Assembly (NCBI GenBank): GCA_028716785.1
Contig: JAQUPD010000004.1
Span: forward strand, 31,465 to 95,464
Length of the DNA stretch: 64,000 bases
Direction of reading: 5' to 3'
From: Fidelibacterota bacterium
Lineage (GTDB): Bacteria; Fidelibacterota; Fidelibacteria; Fidelibacterales; Fidelibacteraceae
The notes below the pieces were generated by a model. It saw only the letters and a program-made list of their open reading frames with translations, did no database searches and was not told the origin of the DNA. Below are positions 24,737 through 32,919 of the stretch, piece after piece (the stretch's first letter is position 1; the number at the start of each line of letters is the position of its first letter). The translations under genes and the position numbers were made by a program.

Positions 24737-25320
24737 ATGACTCTCCATGATTTTGTTGATATTTTGTCGATGGATACACCTGCCCCAGGAGAAGGAAGTG
24801 TCTCTGCTCTGGCAGTTGCCTTGGCTGCTGGACTCGCTTCCATGGTAGCTCATTTAACGGTAGGGAAGAAAGGATATGAAAATGTTCAAGAACGTGCTCT
24901 TTCTCTTCCTATAGAAGCTCAGATGCTAAAGGATAGCTTATTCTTACTGTCGATGAGGATACAACAGCTTTTCATGCGGTTATGAATGCGTATCATCTTC
25001 CTCAAAAAAATGATAAGCAAAAAAAGCACCAGGACCAAATGATCGAATTGGCTATAAAAAATGCTTGTAAGATACCCTTACATGTGATAGAATTGTCTTA
25101 TCAAGCGCTAACTCTCTGTCGCGAAATGGAGAAGAAGGGAAATCAAAATTCACGATCGGATGCTTCTGTTGGCGCGCGCATGGCTCAGGCAGCAATAAAA
25201 GGCGCTGCTGATAATGCTAAAATTAATCTGAAAAGTACTACTGATATAACCTTTATAGAAAAAATGACCAAACGAGTTGATACGCTTCTTGAAAAAATTG
25301 AAAAGGAACAGGAACATTAA
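24737..25320 (+). pseudogene. Formimino-tetrahydrofolate cyclodeaminase-type gene split by a -1 frame change (ORFs 24737-24985 and 24982-25320)
   Basis: The first ORF carries the N-terminal APGEGSVSALAVALAAGLASMV motif. The second frame is open from 24937 and reads LILTVDEDTTAFHAVMNAYHLPQK..., the conserved D.D..AF..VM.A..LP block. Joining after codon CTG 24947-24949 with a -1 step gives ...DSLFLLVDEDTTAF.... Confidence 0.7.
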
Positions 25321-25472
25321 TTGATTGTCATAAGTTTTATGAATACGATCTTTGTAAATAAGTTACCTATTTTATATACTCTTGAAGGATAAGCATTTTG
25401 GGTGTCATCTATCGCATAAAAAATATATGGAATTAATGCAGAACAATTCCCATTTTATAATAAGTTTGTTCA

Positions 25473-27062
25473 ATGACTAAAAAGAGGAAAGATTCAATGG
25501 CAACGACAAGCATACTTTTTCATTTTAACACATCGTTTGGGCAATCTGAAGGACAGAGAAAGGCAATGGTTGATGCGATGGTTCATTTGCGAAACAAAGA
25601 TGTTGAACTGATTGGTATCACCAATGATTCCGAAACGCTGAAAAAGCTGGTAAATACTGCCAGATCCTTAAAAACAGTTCCTGCTGGTAGCCCAGAAACC
25701 TTAGCTTCTATGCTTAATAAAGCACTTAAGGTAGCTACGGGCGAGTTTATTCTTCTCCTGGATAATGTTTCAACCCCTGTTCTTTTGCGAAAAGCTTCTG
25801 TTGATACTTTTTTGATGGCTGCGGAACGCCATCCTGAAGCAGGATTGTTTTATTCAAGTTACGAATTGGAAGATCATGGTTGTGTTGAAGAAAAACACCT
25901 TTTAGATCATCACATTGGGAGAGTTCGGGATAATATGGATTTTGGCAAAGCCTTTTTTATTCGCAAAAAAACCCTTGAGTCTATTGGAGGCTTTGATGAA
26001 TCTGTAAAGTATAATGTTCTATATGATATGCGGTTAAAGCTTTCAGAAAGACAATGTGTCATTCGGATTGCAAATCGCTACAATGGTTCTCTTTATCGCG
26101 TACAAGCCGCTGAGAAAAAAGCCAATGTTTTTGATTATTTGCTTTCTGGAAAAGAGATTCAACTTGAAGCAGAGAAGGTTGTTACAGAGCATCTGAAACG
26201 GATAGATGCTTATCTTCCTCCCGGTATATTTCGCGACCATAAGCCTGCACCCAAGAAAGATCCGGCGTTAATTGCATCTGTTATTATTCCTGTAGGATAC
26301 CGTCCGGAATTTATTGGGACAGCCATAGAAAGCGTTCAGGAGCAAACCATTAAAGATATTGAGTGCATTGTTATGGTGAATGGAGGCGATGAGGATCCTA
26401 CAGCAGAGGTCGTTAGAAAATATATGAAAGGCGGTGAAAAATATGATGCTACGAAACCTGAAATCCGTCTGGTGGTTCTTGATATCAATAATATTGGTCT
26501 CTGCTTGAATATTGGCGCAAAATTGTCACGGGCAAAATATTATGTTCAATTGGATTCTGATGATCGGTTGAAACCAGATGCTGTTGAAAAGGTTTTGGAC
26601 GTGTTTCATAGCGATCCTGAAATTGGGATGGTGATTGGTTCCTATGAAGTATGGGAAAAGAAAGAGTCCGGGGAACTTGTCCGAATGAAAGAAATCCCCG
26701 TGGTAACGCATAATGAATGGACGGAAGAAAACGGCCGAAATAATCTTTTACGAATCAATGGGGCAGGAGCACCTCGGTGCATTCCGATTCATGTCATTAA
26801 AGAAATGGGATATTTTAGCATCAATGATGATACCCATTCAAGAAATTATGGCGAAGATTACGAGATGGTAAATAAAATTGCCGAGTACTATCGGATTGGA
26901 CGTGTGTGGGAACCTATTTATGAGGTGGTACGGCATAGCGGTGGGACAGATCATGCGATTGATCAACATACGATTGATAGAAATGATAATGCAAAAGATG
27001 ATATGCGGCGAGAAACTATTTTAAGGCGACAACTCTTTAATAGAGAGAGAAAAAAGGCATAA
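25473..27062 (+). CDS. Family-2 glycosyltransferase (two GT-A-like halves)
   Basis: 529 aa. The C-terminal half has VIIPVGYRPEFIGTAIESVQEQT and QLDSDD. The N-terminal half has ILLLDNVS. The ATG at 25497, preceded by AGAGGA, may be the true start. Confidence 0.75.
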   Translation: MTKKRKDSMATTSILFHFNTSFGQSEGQRKAMVDAMVHLRNKDVELIGITNDSETLKKLVNTARSLKTVPAGSPETLASMLNKALKVATGEFILLLDNVSTPVLLRKASVDTFLMAAERHPEAGLFYSSYELEDHGCVEEKHLLDHHIGRVRDNMDFGKAFFIRKKTLESIGGFDESVKYNVLYDMRLKLSERQCVIRIANRYNGSLYRVQAAEKKANVFDYLLSGKEIQLEAEKVVTEHLKRIDAYLPPGIFRDHKPAPKKDPALIASVIIPVGYRPEFIGTAIESVQEQTIKDIECIVMVNGGDEDPTAEVVRKYMKGGEKYDATKPEIRLVVLDINNIGLCLNIGAKLSRAKYYVQLDSDDRLKPDAVEKVLDVFHSDPEIGMVIGSYEVWEKKESGELVRMKEIPVVTHNEWTEENGRNNLLRINGAGAPRCIPIHVIKEMGYFSINDDTHSRNYGEDYEMVNKIAEYYRIGRVWEPIYEVVRHSGGTDHAIDQHTIDRNDNAKDDMRRETILRRQLFNRERKKA

Positions 27063-27093
27063 GGTTATACTTTCCCTTGAGAAAGCTTGTAAA

Positions 27094-27123
27094 AGGAGGA
27101 TGGTAAAATCCTCCTGTCTTTTT
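27094..27123 (+). terminator. Hairpin plus T-run between the GT2 and kinase-like genes
   Basis: AGGAGGAT (27094-27101), 6-nt loop, ATCCTCCT (27108-27115), then GTCTTTTT. Confidence 0.45.
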
Positions 27124-27145
27124 AACATAAAAAAAAGGAGCTATC

Positions 27146-28345
27146 ATGAGACAAGATTTGCTGATTATTGGAATTGATGGAGGAGCAACAAAAGTCAGCG
27201 CATGGACCGTTGATCAACAAGAAGATGGAACCTTTGAGTTGGGGAATCAAAATGTTCAGAAACAATATAGCGAGTATAAATATTACGATCCAAACTTTAA
27301 GCCAGTAGATTTAAACATCCAACTTAAAGAGATGGAAACGGGGATTCATTTAACGCCGGCTGAAAATCGGCAAGGACTTGCCTATATGTATGCAGCTGCA
27401 GATGTGATTATTGAACTGGCAAAAACAAATCCCGGGAAGGACGTGCTTATAGGAATTGGAATGCCTGGACTTAAAACAAAAGATAAACGCGGAATCAGTG
27501 TGTTGGCGAATGGCCCTCGACTTCCTGAATATGCGTCAATCATAGAAAATCGAATTATGCTTCACGATGTAGAATTGGCATCACCAATTCACCATATAGG
27601 ATCTGATGCAGATTATTGTGGAATTGGGGAAGAATATTCTTCTCAAGGTTCCTTTCGTGGTGTTGAAAATAGTTATTATCTTGGTGGGGGAACAGGTGTG
27701 GCGGATGCTTTGAAACTCCGTGGAAAACTTGTTCCTTTTGATGCCATTAAACTCTGGATGGCGAAAACCTGGGAAATGAAAGTAAAAAACGGAAAGTCCT
27801 TAGAACGATACTGTTCTGCTTCAGGAATACAAGATATTTACAGTGAATACTCAGGTATATCTATCCCAGATTTAAATACATTAAAAATTTATGCCCCTCA
27901 AATTATGGAAAAAGCACTTCAAGGAGAAGAGGCGGCAATAAAAACCATGAAAGATGTCAGCTTCTATTTGGCAGAACTCCTCTTTGAAAGAATATCTACC
28001 CTTTATGCTGGTTATCAGGGGAAATTTGACTTTGTTAATCCAGAGAGAGCGCCTTTAATTCCGCATCATCCTTATCAAGGGACACTCCTTGATCGACTTG
28101 TAATAGGTCAGCGATTAGGTGATTATTTGGAAGAATCCCGCGGGAAAAATCAAATGTGGGAACCGATGCTTCAGCATTTGAGTGAATTAGTATCTGAAAA
28201 TGAAATGATGGCAAAAGAATTTAAATCATACTATCTTAAAGAAGACACCTTTAATGATAAGCGCATTGTTCTTTCCAAACTCCGCGAAGCACCTGCTATG
28301 GGAGCTGCAGTTGATGCTTGGCTTTGTTGGAAAGGTGAAAATTAA
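27146..28345 (+). CDS. BadF/BadG/BcrA/BcrD-type ATPase (N-acetylglucosamine-kinase-like sugar kinase fold)
   Basis: 399 aa with the N-terminal phosphate-1 motif IGIDGGATKV, plus GIGMPGL and YYLGGGTGVADA. Confidence 0.65.
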   Translation: MRQDLLIIGIDGGATKVSAWTVDQQEDGTFELGNQNVQKQYSEYKYYDPNFKPVDLNIQLKEMETGIHLTPAENRQGLAYMYAAADVIIELAKTNPGKDVLIGIGMPGLKTKDKRGISVLANGPRLPEYASIIENRIMLHDVELASPIHHIGSDADYCGIGEEYSSQGSFRGVENSYYLGGGTGVADALKLRGKLVPFDAIKLWMAKTWEMKVKNGKSLERYCSASGIQDIYSEYSGISIPDLNTLKIYAPQIMEKALQGEEAAIKTMKDVSFYLAELLFERISTLYAGYQGKFDFVNPERAPLIPHHPYQGTLLDRLVIGQRLGDYLEESRGKNQMWEPMLQHLSELVSENEMMAKEFKSYYLKEDTFNDKRIVLSKLREAPAMGAAVDAWLCWKGEN

Positions 28346-28363
28346 AAAATAGGAAGGTGAATA

Positions 28364-29683
28364 ATGCTAGAACCTAATGTTATACCGCGCTTTGAGCCTC
28401 GGCTGCGCGTGGGGATTGTTTTACCCCAGGATGACCAGCAAGAGATACAGATAGAATTTCCGAACGACAGTAGTTACATTATGAAAGTCGATGACGCAAT
28501 GGTTAATACGCAACCAGGAGCTCAGATTGTCATTCGGATAGCAGAAAAAGGAATTTCCATTGATAATTCTCCTTTTACCAATGCTGAAAAGATTGTTTTT
28601 AAACATATTCGTGGAGATCATGGAATAGCTATCCATCCTGTAATTAGCGGTCGAAATTTTCACTGGAAAAAATATATTATGGTTCATCTTCCTGCTAAGG
28701 TAGAAGTCACGCGCTATCAGGACACTTTGCTTGTTGTCAATGAACTGGATCTTGAAACATATTTGGCCTGTGTAGCAACATCTGAGATGGGTTCTGCATG
28801 TCCTTTGGCGCTTATTGAAGCACAAACAATTGTTGCCCGCAGCTGGATGCTTGCAAATGTGGAACAAAAACATCTTTCGTTAGACATTGATGTCTGCAAC
28901 GATGATTGTTGCCAACGATATCAAGGACTTAACAATATCACAGATTATTCTCTTGAAGGAGCCAAAAAAACCCGAGGGAAAGTTCTTCTTTATAACGGAA
29001 AAATAGCAGATGCGCGCTATTCAAAAGCCTGCGGTGGTATCACAGAACGCTATGAAAATATTTGGTTTGGCGATCCTTTACCCTATATGCAAAATTTGAA
29101 AGATATGCCTAATCCTGAAAATCCTCCAGATCTTACAATAGAAGAAAATGCTCGTAAATGGATTCTGGATAATCCTAAGGCTTTTTGCAGTGAAGCGTAT
29201 GTTCCTGCCAAAGATCTAAAAAATTATTTAGGAAGCGTGGACGAAGAAGGAAAATATTTCCGATGGACCATTATGATGACAAACAAAGAACTCACTGAAA
29301 ATATCAATGAGAAACTGGGACTTCAATTAAAAGCTGTTAAGGATATTTATCCTATAAAACGTGGGGGATCAGGCCGGATGATCCTCATGGGAATAAATGT
29401 TATTGATGAACATGGAAACGAGAAAATATTTAAAATTAAATCGGACTACGAAGCACGTCGTATTCTCCATAAAAAATTTCTCTACAGTTCTGCGATTATC
29501 ATTGACAAAAAAAACACCCTGAATGATATTCCTCAAGAATTTATTTTTCACGGAGCAGGATGGGGGCACGGTGCTGGCATGTGCCAAATTGGAGCCCTGG
29601 GAATGGCTTTAGCAGGATATTCAACAGAAGAAATATTAACACATTATTATCCTGGGACAGAACTTGTTTCTATCTATAAATAA
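28364..29683 (+). CDS. SpoIID/LytB-domain protein
   Basis: 439 aa with LALIEAQTIVARSW, VCNDDCCQRYQG, YSKACGG and GAGWGHGAGMCQ.GA, which match SpoIID-domain blocks as I remember them. Confidence 0.7.
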   Translation: MLEPNVIPRFEPRLRVGIVLPQDDQQEIQIEFPNDSSYIMKVDDAMVNTQPGAQIVIRIAEKGISIDNSPFTNAEKIVFKHIRGDHGIAIHPVISGRNFHWKKYIMVHLPAKVEVTRYQDTLLVVNELDLETYLACVATSEMGSACPLALIEAQTIVARSWMLANVEQKHLSLDIDVCNDDCCQRYQGLNNITDYSLEGAKKTRGKVLLYNGKIADARYSKACGGITERYENIWFGDPLPYMQNLKDMPNPENPPDLTIEENARKWILDNPKAFCSEAYVPAKDLKNYLGSVDEEGKYFRWTIMMTNKELTENINEKLGLQLKAVKDIYPIKRGGSGRMILMGINVIDEHGNEKIFKIKSDYEARRILHKKFLYSSAIIIDKKNTLNDIPQEFIFHGAGWGHGAGMCQIGALGMALAGYSTEEILTHYYPGTELVSIYK

Positions 29684-29705
29684 ATAGCACGTTGTAAATA
29701 CTTAG

Positions 29706-29765
29706 AACAGACCCACATGATGTTTGACAGCACAGGAGGACATCAGTGGGTCTGTTTACTTTTTA
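29706..29765 (+). terminator. Long hairpin terminator after the SpoIID-like gene
   Basis: AACAGACCCAC(A)TGATG pairs with CATCAGTGGGTCTGTT (16 bp with one bulge, 18-nt loop). It is followed by TACTTTTT. Confidence 0.6.
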
Positions 29766-29881
29766 GATGAATTTGAAAATAGGCACCCAAAACATACTGA
29801 TTCATAATAATATCTCTATTTCCATATATAGTATGCATAATATTATCTTGCTTATTTTTATGGATTGTTGTATCATTTTGT

Positions 29882-32239
29882 GTGATGATGAAAATTAACG
29901 TATGTATTTTGAATGTAATTATAGCCACTGTAGGATTTTGTCAAACGGTATGGATCAATGAATTAATGATTAATCCGTTGTATTCTGAGAATAGTGCAGA
30001 ATTTGTAGAAATATTAAATAAGGGAGATCAGTCAGTTAATCTCAAAAATTGGTGTTTTGGGGATAAGGGAGATATGGATTTTTTTGTCTTCTTAGGGGAT
30101 TCCATCTTGCACGCAGGTCAATATGGTCTTATTCTTGATCTTGATTATTCAGGAGAATATGATTTTCTAATTCCCGATTCGACTTTGATAATGATCATAG
30201 AAGACAGTCGATTTGGGGGATATGGTCTGAGTAACACTGTGGAAAAGTTTTACTTTCTTCAAAATTCAGAAGGGATTATTGCTGATTCTTGTCTATCGAT
30301 TATAACCTTAAAAGAAGGCTTTTCTATGGAGCGAGATGAACAGGGGGGATGGCGTGGCAGCAACGTAGAAGGCGGAACGCCTGGATTTGTTAACAGTATC
30401 TGTCGGCCATCTTTTCCCCTGCTCTCTGTTTTGCTTAAGGATTATTTTTTGGGTGAGCCTGCGGATGTTTTTCTCTCATTAATCATTAAAAATCTTGGAA
30501 ATGAAGTGTCTGGGGAGTGGGAAATATCTTTTATAGATTCAATAACTCAACAATTTTTATGGTCTACAGGACCACAAGAAGAACTTGCAGGAAATGATTC
30601 TCTACCTGTAAAATGTGCCTGGCATTCACCCCTTTATGGTTTTCAAAGGATTAAATGGGTTTGTCAGTATGGAGATAGAGATACTTCAGGAAAATTTACA
30701 ATTTATATTCCTTTGCCGGTGGATTCACTTTTTATTACAGAATTCTGTCCACTACCCGGTAATGAGATCTCCTGTGAGTATATTGAAATCTATAATGCTT
30801 CACATCGGCCAATCAATTTATATGGTACAACAATAAAGGATAAAACAGGAACGGCACAGCTTGCCAATTTCGATTATATCATTCCTGAACTCGGGCTGAG
30901 GGTGGCTGCGGAGAGTCCTGAAATCCGGCAGGACTTGCAGTCACCCCCTTTTTTAGTATGGATACCTCCGGCTTGGCGGTCATTAAATAATACTGGCGAT
31001 CAAATTGTTTGGAAAGATTCTAGGGGTATTAAACTTGACAGCTTAGAATATACTTCTCAATGGAATGTCGCCATGGGCTTAGGCTTAGAAAGGCGTTCTA
31101 TTTATCGTCCTGCCCATGATAAAAATAACTGGGTACAGGGGTTTTCTCCTGGATTGGATAATCTTGAAACGCATGCAGATACTTCATGGGATGCAAGACT
31201 AACGGTAAAAAGGAAAGTCTTTGATGAAATAACCTTTCAAATAACCTTAGAAAATACAGGACGTTTTCCAGTCATTCCTCCTGATATTTCTCTTGTTGCA
31301 AGAAGTCCTGATGGAGTAAACCAGACGATCGATCATTTAACGTTTTCAAAGGTTTGCGATCCAGGTCAAATGCTTAAAGATTCTATAACCGTTTATTCTA
31401 AATTCTCGGGGACGTTTTTATGGATGCTTTCAGGAAAATTTTTAATGAGTGATACACTTTCTGTTTATACACCTTATCCACAATCTCCTGTTGTGTTTAG
31501 TGAAGTAATGAATTGTCCATCTTCTGATGAACCCGCTGAATGGATTGAGTTATTCTCTCATGTGTGTCCAATAATTCTTGATGATTGGAGTATGTATATT
31601 GATGAAAAAGAGATTTCCTTAAAAGGGAGTATAACAACTCCCTACATCGTTATATCTCATAAGAAATGGGATAATTTTTTTATGGATATTGCTGTAGATA
31701 TATTTCCAAGTCTTTTAAACAAAGGGTTTATTCTTCGTCTTTTTGACCCCGATTCAACGCTCATGGACTCTGTTGATTTAACGAATCATCCTGAGTTTCT
31801 TACGGGTGTGAGTCTTGAAAATCCCAGTGTTATAGAACCTTTTATGTCTGGAAGTTCATGGCACCGCAGTCGCGCGCAGCAGGGACACACGGCTGGCAAA
31901 GTCAATAGTATTGCTATTGATCAAAACGAGGGAGATTCATTTATAACTGTAAATCCTCGGGTATTAAAAAAGAATGCTATTCAACCTATGGCTATTACAC
32001 TCCAAGGCGAAAAGGGATTTTCTTATGCAGAAATTCACATTTTTACGTTAACAGGTAATCCTGTAAGAACTTATGAAAAAAATGCTTTTTCAGCACCCCT
32101 TCTTCAGGTTTTTTGGGATGGTACCTTAACAAATGGTATGGATGTTCCTCTAGGGCTTTATATAATTGTTGCGAAGGCGCGTTATGTAGATGGGAGCAAA
32201 CAAGAAGGGTTTAAATCTGTTTTAGTGAATTGTTATTGA
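29882..32239 (+). CDS. Secreted protein with three lamin-tail (LTD) domains and a FlgD-Ig/T9SS-like C-terminal domain
   Basis: 785 aa. The LTD-like starts are VWINELMINP..AEFVEILN, LFITEFCPLPGNE..EYIEIYN and VVFSEVMNCPSSDEPAEWIELFS. The C-terminus reads ...LLQVFWDGTLTNGMDVPLGLYIIVAKA.... GTG 29882 is followed by two ATGs (29885, 29888). Confidence 0.65.
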   Translation: MMMKINVCILNVIIATVGFCQTVWINELMINPLYSENSAEFVEILNKGDQSVNLKNWCFGDKGDMDFFVFLGDSILHAGQYGLILDLDYSGEYDFLIPDSTLIMIIEDSRFGGYGLSNTVEKFYFLQNSEGIIADSCLSIITLKEGFSMERDEQGGWRGSNVEGGTPGFVNSICRPSFPLLSVLLKDYFLGEPADVFLSLIIKNLGNEVSGEWEISFIDSITQQFLWSTGPQEELAGNDSLPVKCAWHSPLYGFQRIKWVCQYGDRDTSGKFTIYIPLPVDSLFITEFCPLPGNEISCEYIEIYNASHRPINLYGTTIKDKTGTAQLANFDYIIPELGLRVAAESPEIRQDLQSPPFLVWIPPAWRSLNNTGDQIVWKDSRGIKLDSLEYTSQWNVAMGLGLERRSIYRPAHDKNNWVQGFSPGLDNLETHADTSWDARLTVKRKVFDEITFQITLENTGRFPVIPPDISLVARSPDGVNQTIDHLTFSKVCDPGQMLKDSITVYSKFSGTFLWMLSGKFLMSDTLSVYTPYPQSPVVFSEVMNCPSSDEPAEWIELFSHVCPIILDDWSMYIDEKEISLKGSITTPYIVISHKKWDNFFMDIAVDIFPSLLNKGFILRLFDPDSTLMDSVDLTNHPEFLTGVSLENPSVIEPFMSGSSWHRSRAQQGHTAGKVNSIAIDQNEGDSFITVNPRVLKKNAIQPMAITLQGEKGFSYAEIHIFTLTGNPVRTYEKNAFSAPLLQVFWDGTLTNGMDVPLGLYIIVAKARYVDGSKQEGFKSVLVNCY

Positions 32240-32905
32240 TTATGATATCATAGACAAAACAGTTTGAACAAGTTTACCAATACCTACTTCTGCTTCAGAA
32301 ATAGATTTTGCCAACATATAGGCAGGGGTTGTTACAATTTTATTTTTCTTGTCTATAACAACCTCGGTTGCTGGACATAAAGTATGTTTACCGCCCATCA
32401 TGGTTACGGCTTTTGCCATTTCTGGGTCATTCCCGAGGGTAACAAGGGGTACACGACCAATATTTACAGCTGCTTTCACTGCCAAAAGTGGGGCAAGACA
32501 CATAAATCCCAGGACTTTTTCTTGTCTGAAGGCGTCAGCAATTAAATCTTCAACAGCGGGTAAAAGGGTACATTGAGGGCCTTTTTCAGAAAAAGTGCTC
32601 AAATTTTTTGCAATTCCGGCGCCACCGGGAAAAATAATAGCATCCAAATGTGCCATATTTGCTTCAGTGATATCCTGAATAGCTCCTCGAGCAATTCGTG
32701 CTGATTCTTCTAGGATATTTCGTTCTTCCCCTTTAACAACCTTATGGCGAAAATGGTCGATGACGTGCTTTTGTGGTACAGATGGCGCATAAATTTTTAC
32801 AGAAGCTCCCATTTGGTCTAATGCTAACAAGGTTAATACCGATTCATGAATTTCTGAGCCATCAAAAACGCCACAACCTGATAAGATTACTCCAATTTTT
32901 GCCAT
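32240..32905 (-). CDS. elbB: DJ-1/PfpI-family glyoxalase ElbB
   Basis: 221 aa with N-terminus MAKIGVILSGCGVFDGSEIHE, typical of ElbB. The stop abuts the stop of the convergent LTD gene. Confidence 0.8.
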   Translation of the reverse strand: MAKIGVILSGCGVFDGSEIHESVLTLLALDQMGASVKIYAPSVPQKHVIDHFRHKVVKGEERNILEESARIARGAIQDITEANMAHLDAIIFPGGAGIAKNLSTFSEKGPQCTLLPAVEDLIADAFRQEKVLGFMCLAPLLAVKAAVNIGRVPLVTLGNDPEMAKAVTMMGGKHTLCPATEVVIDKKNKIVTTPAYMLAKSISEAEVGIGKLVQTVLSMIS

Positions 32906-32919
32906 ATTTCACCTCCTGC

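Noticed and set aside
24937-24985. Programmed -1 ribosomal frameshift in the cyclodeaminase gene
   Set aside because: There is no slippery heptamer and no obvious downstream stimulatory structure in the 49-nt overlap. A mutation or sequencing error is more parsimonious.
28421-28873. 150-aa minus-strand ORF (and 28717-28899)
   Set aside because: It is antisense within the SpoIID-domain gene, Cys/Asn/Phe-rich with no features. A shadow ORF.
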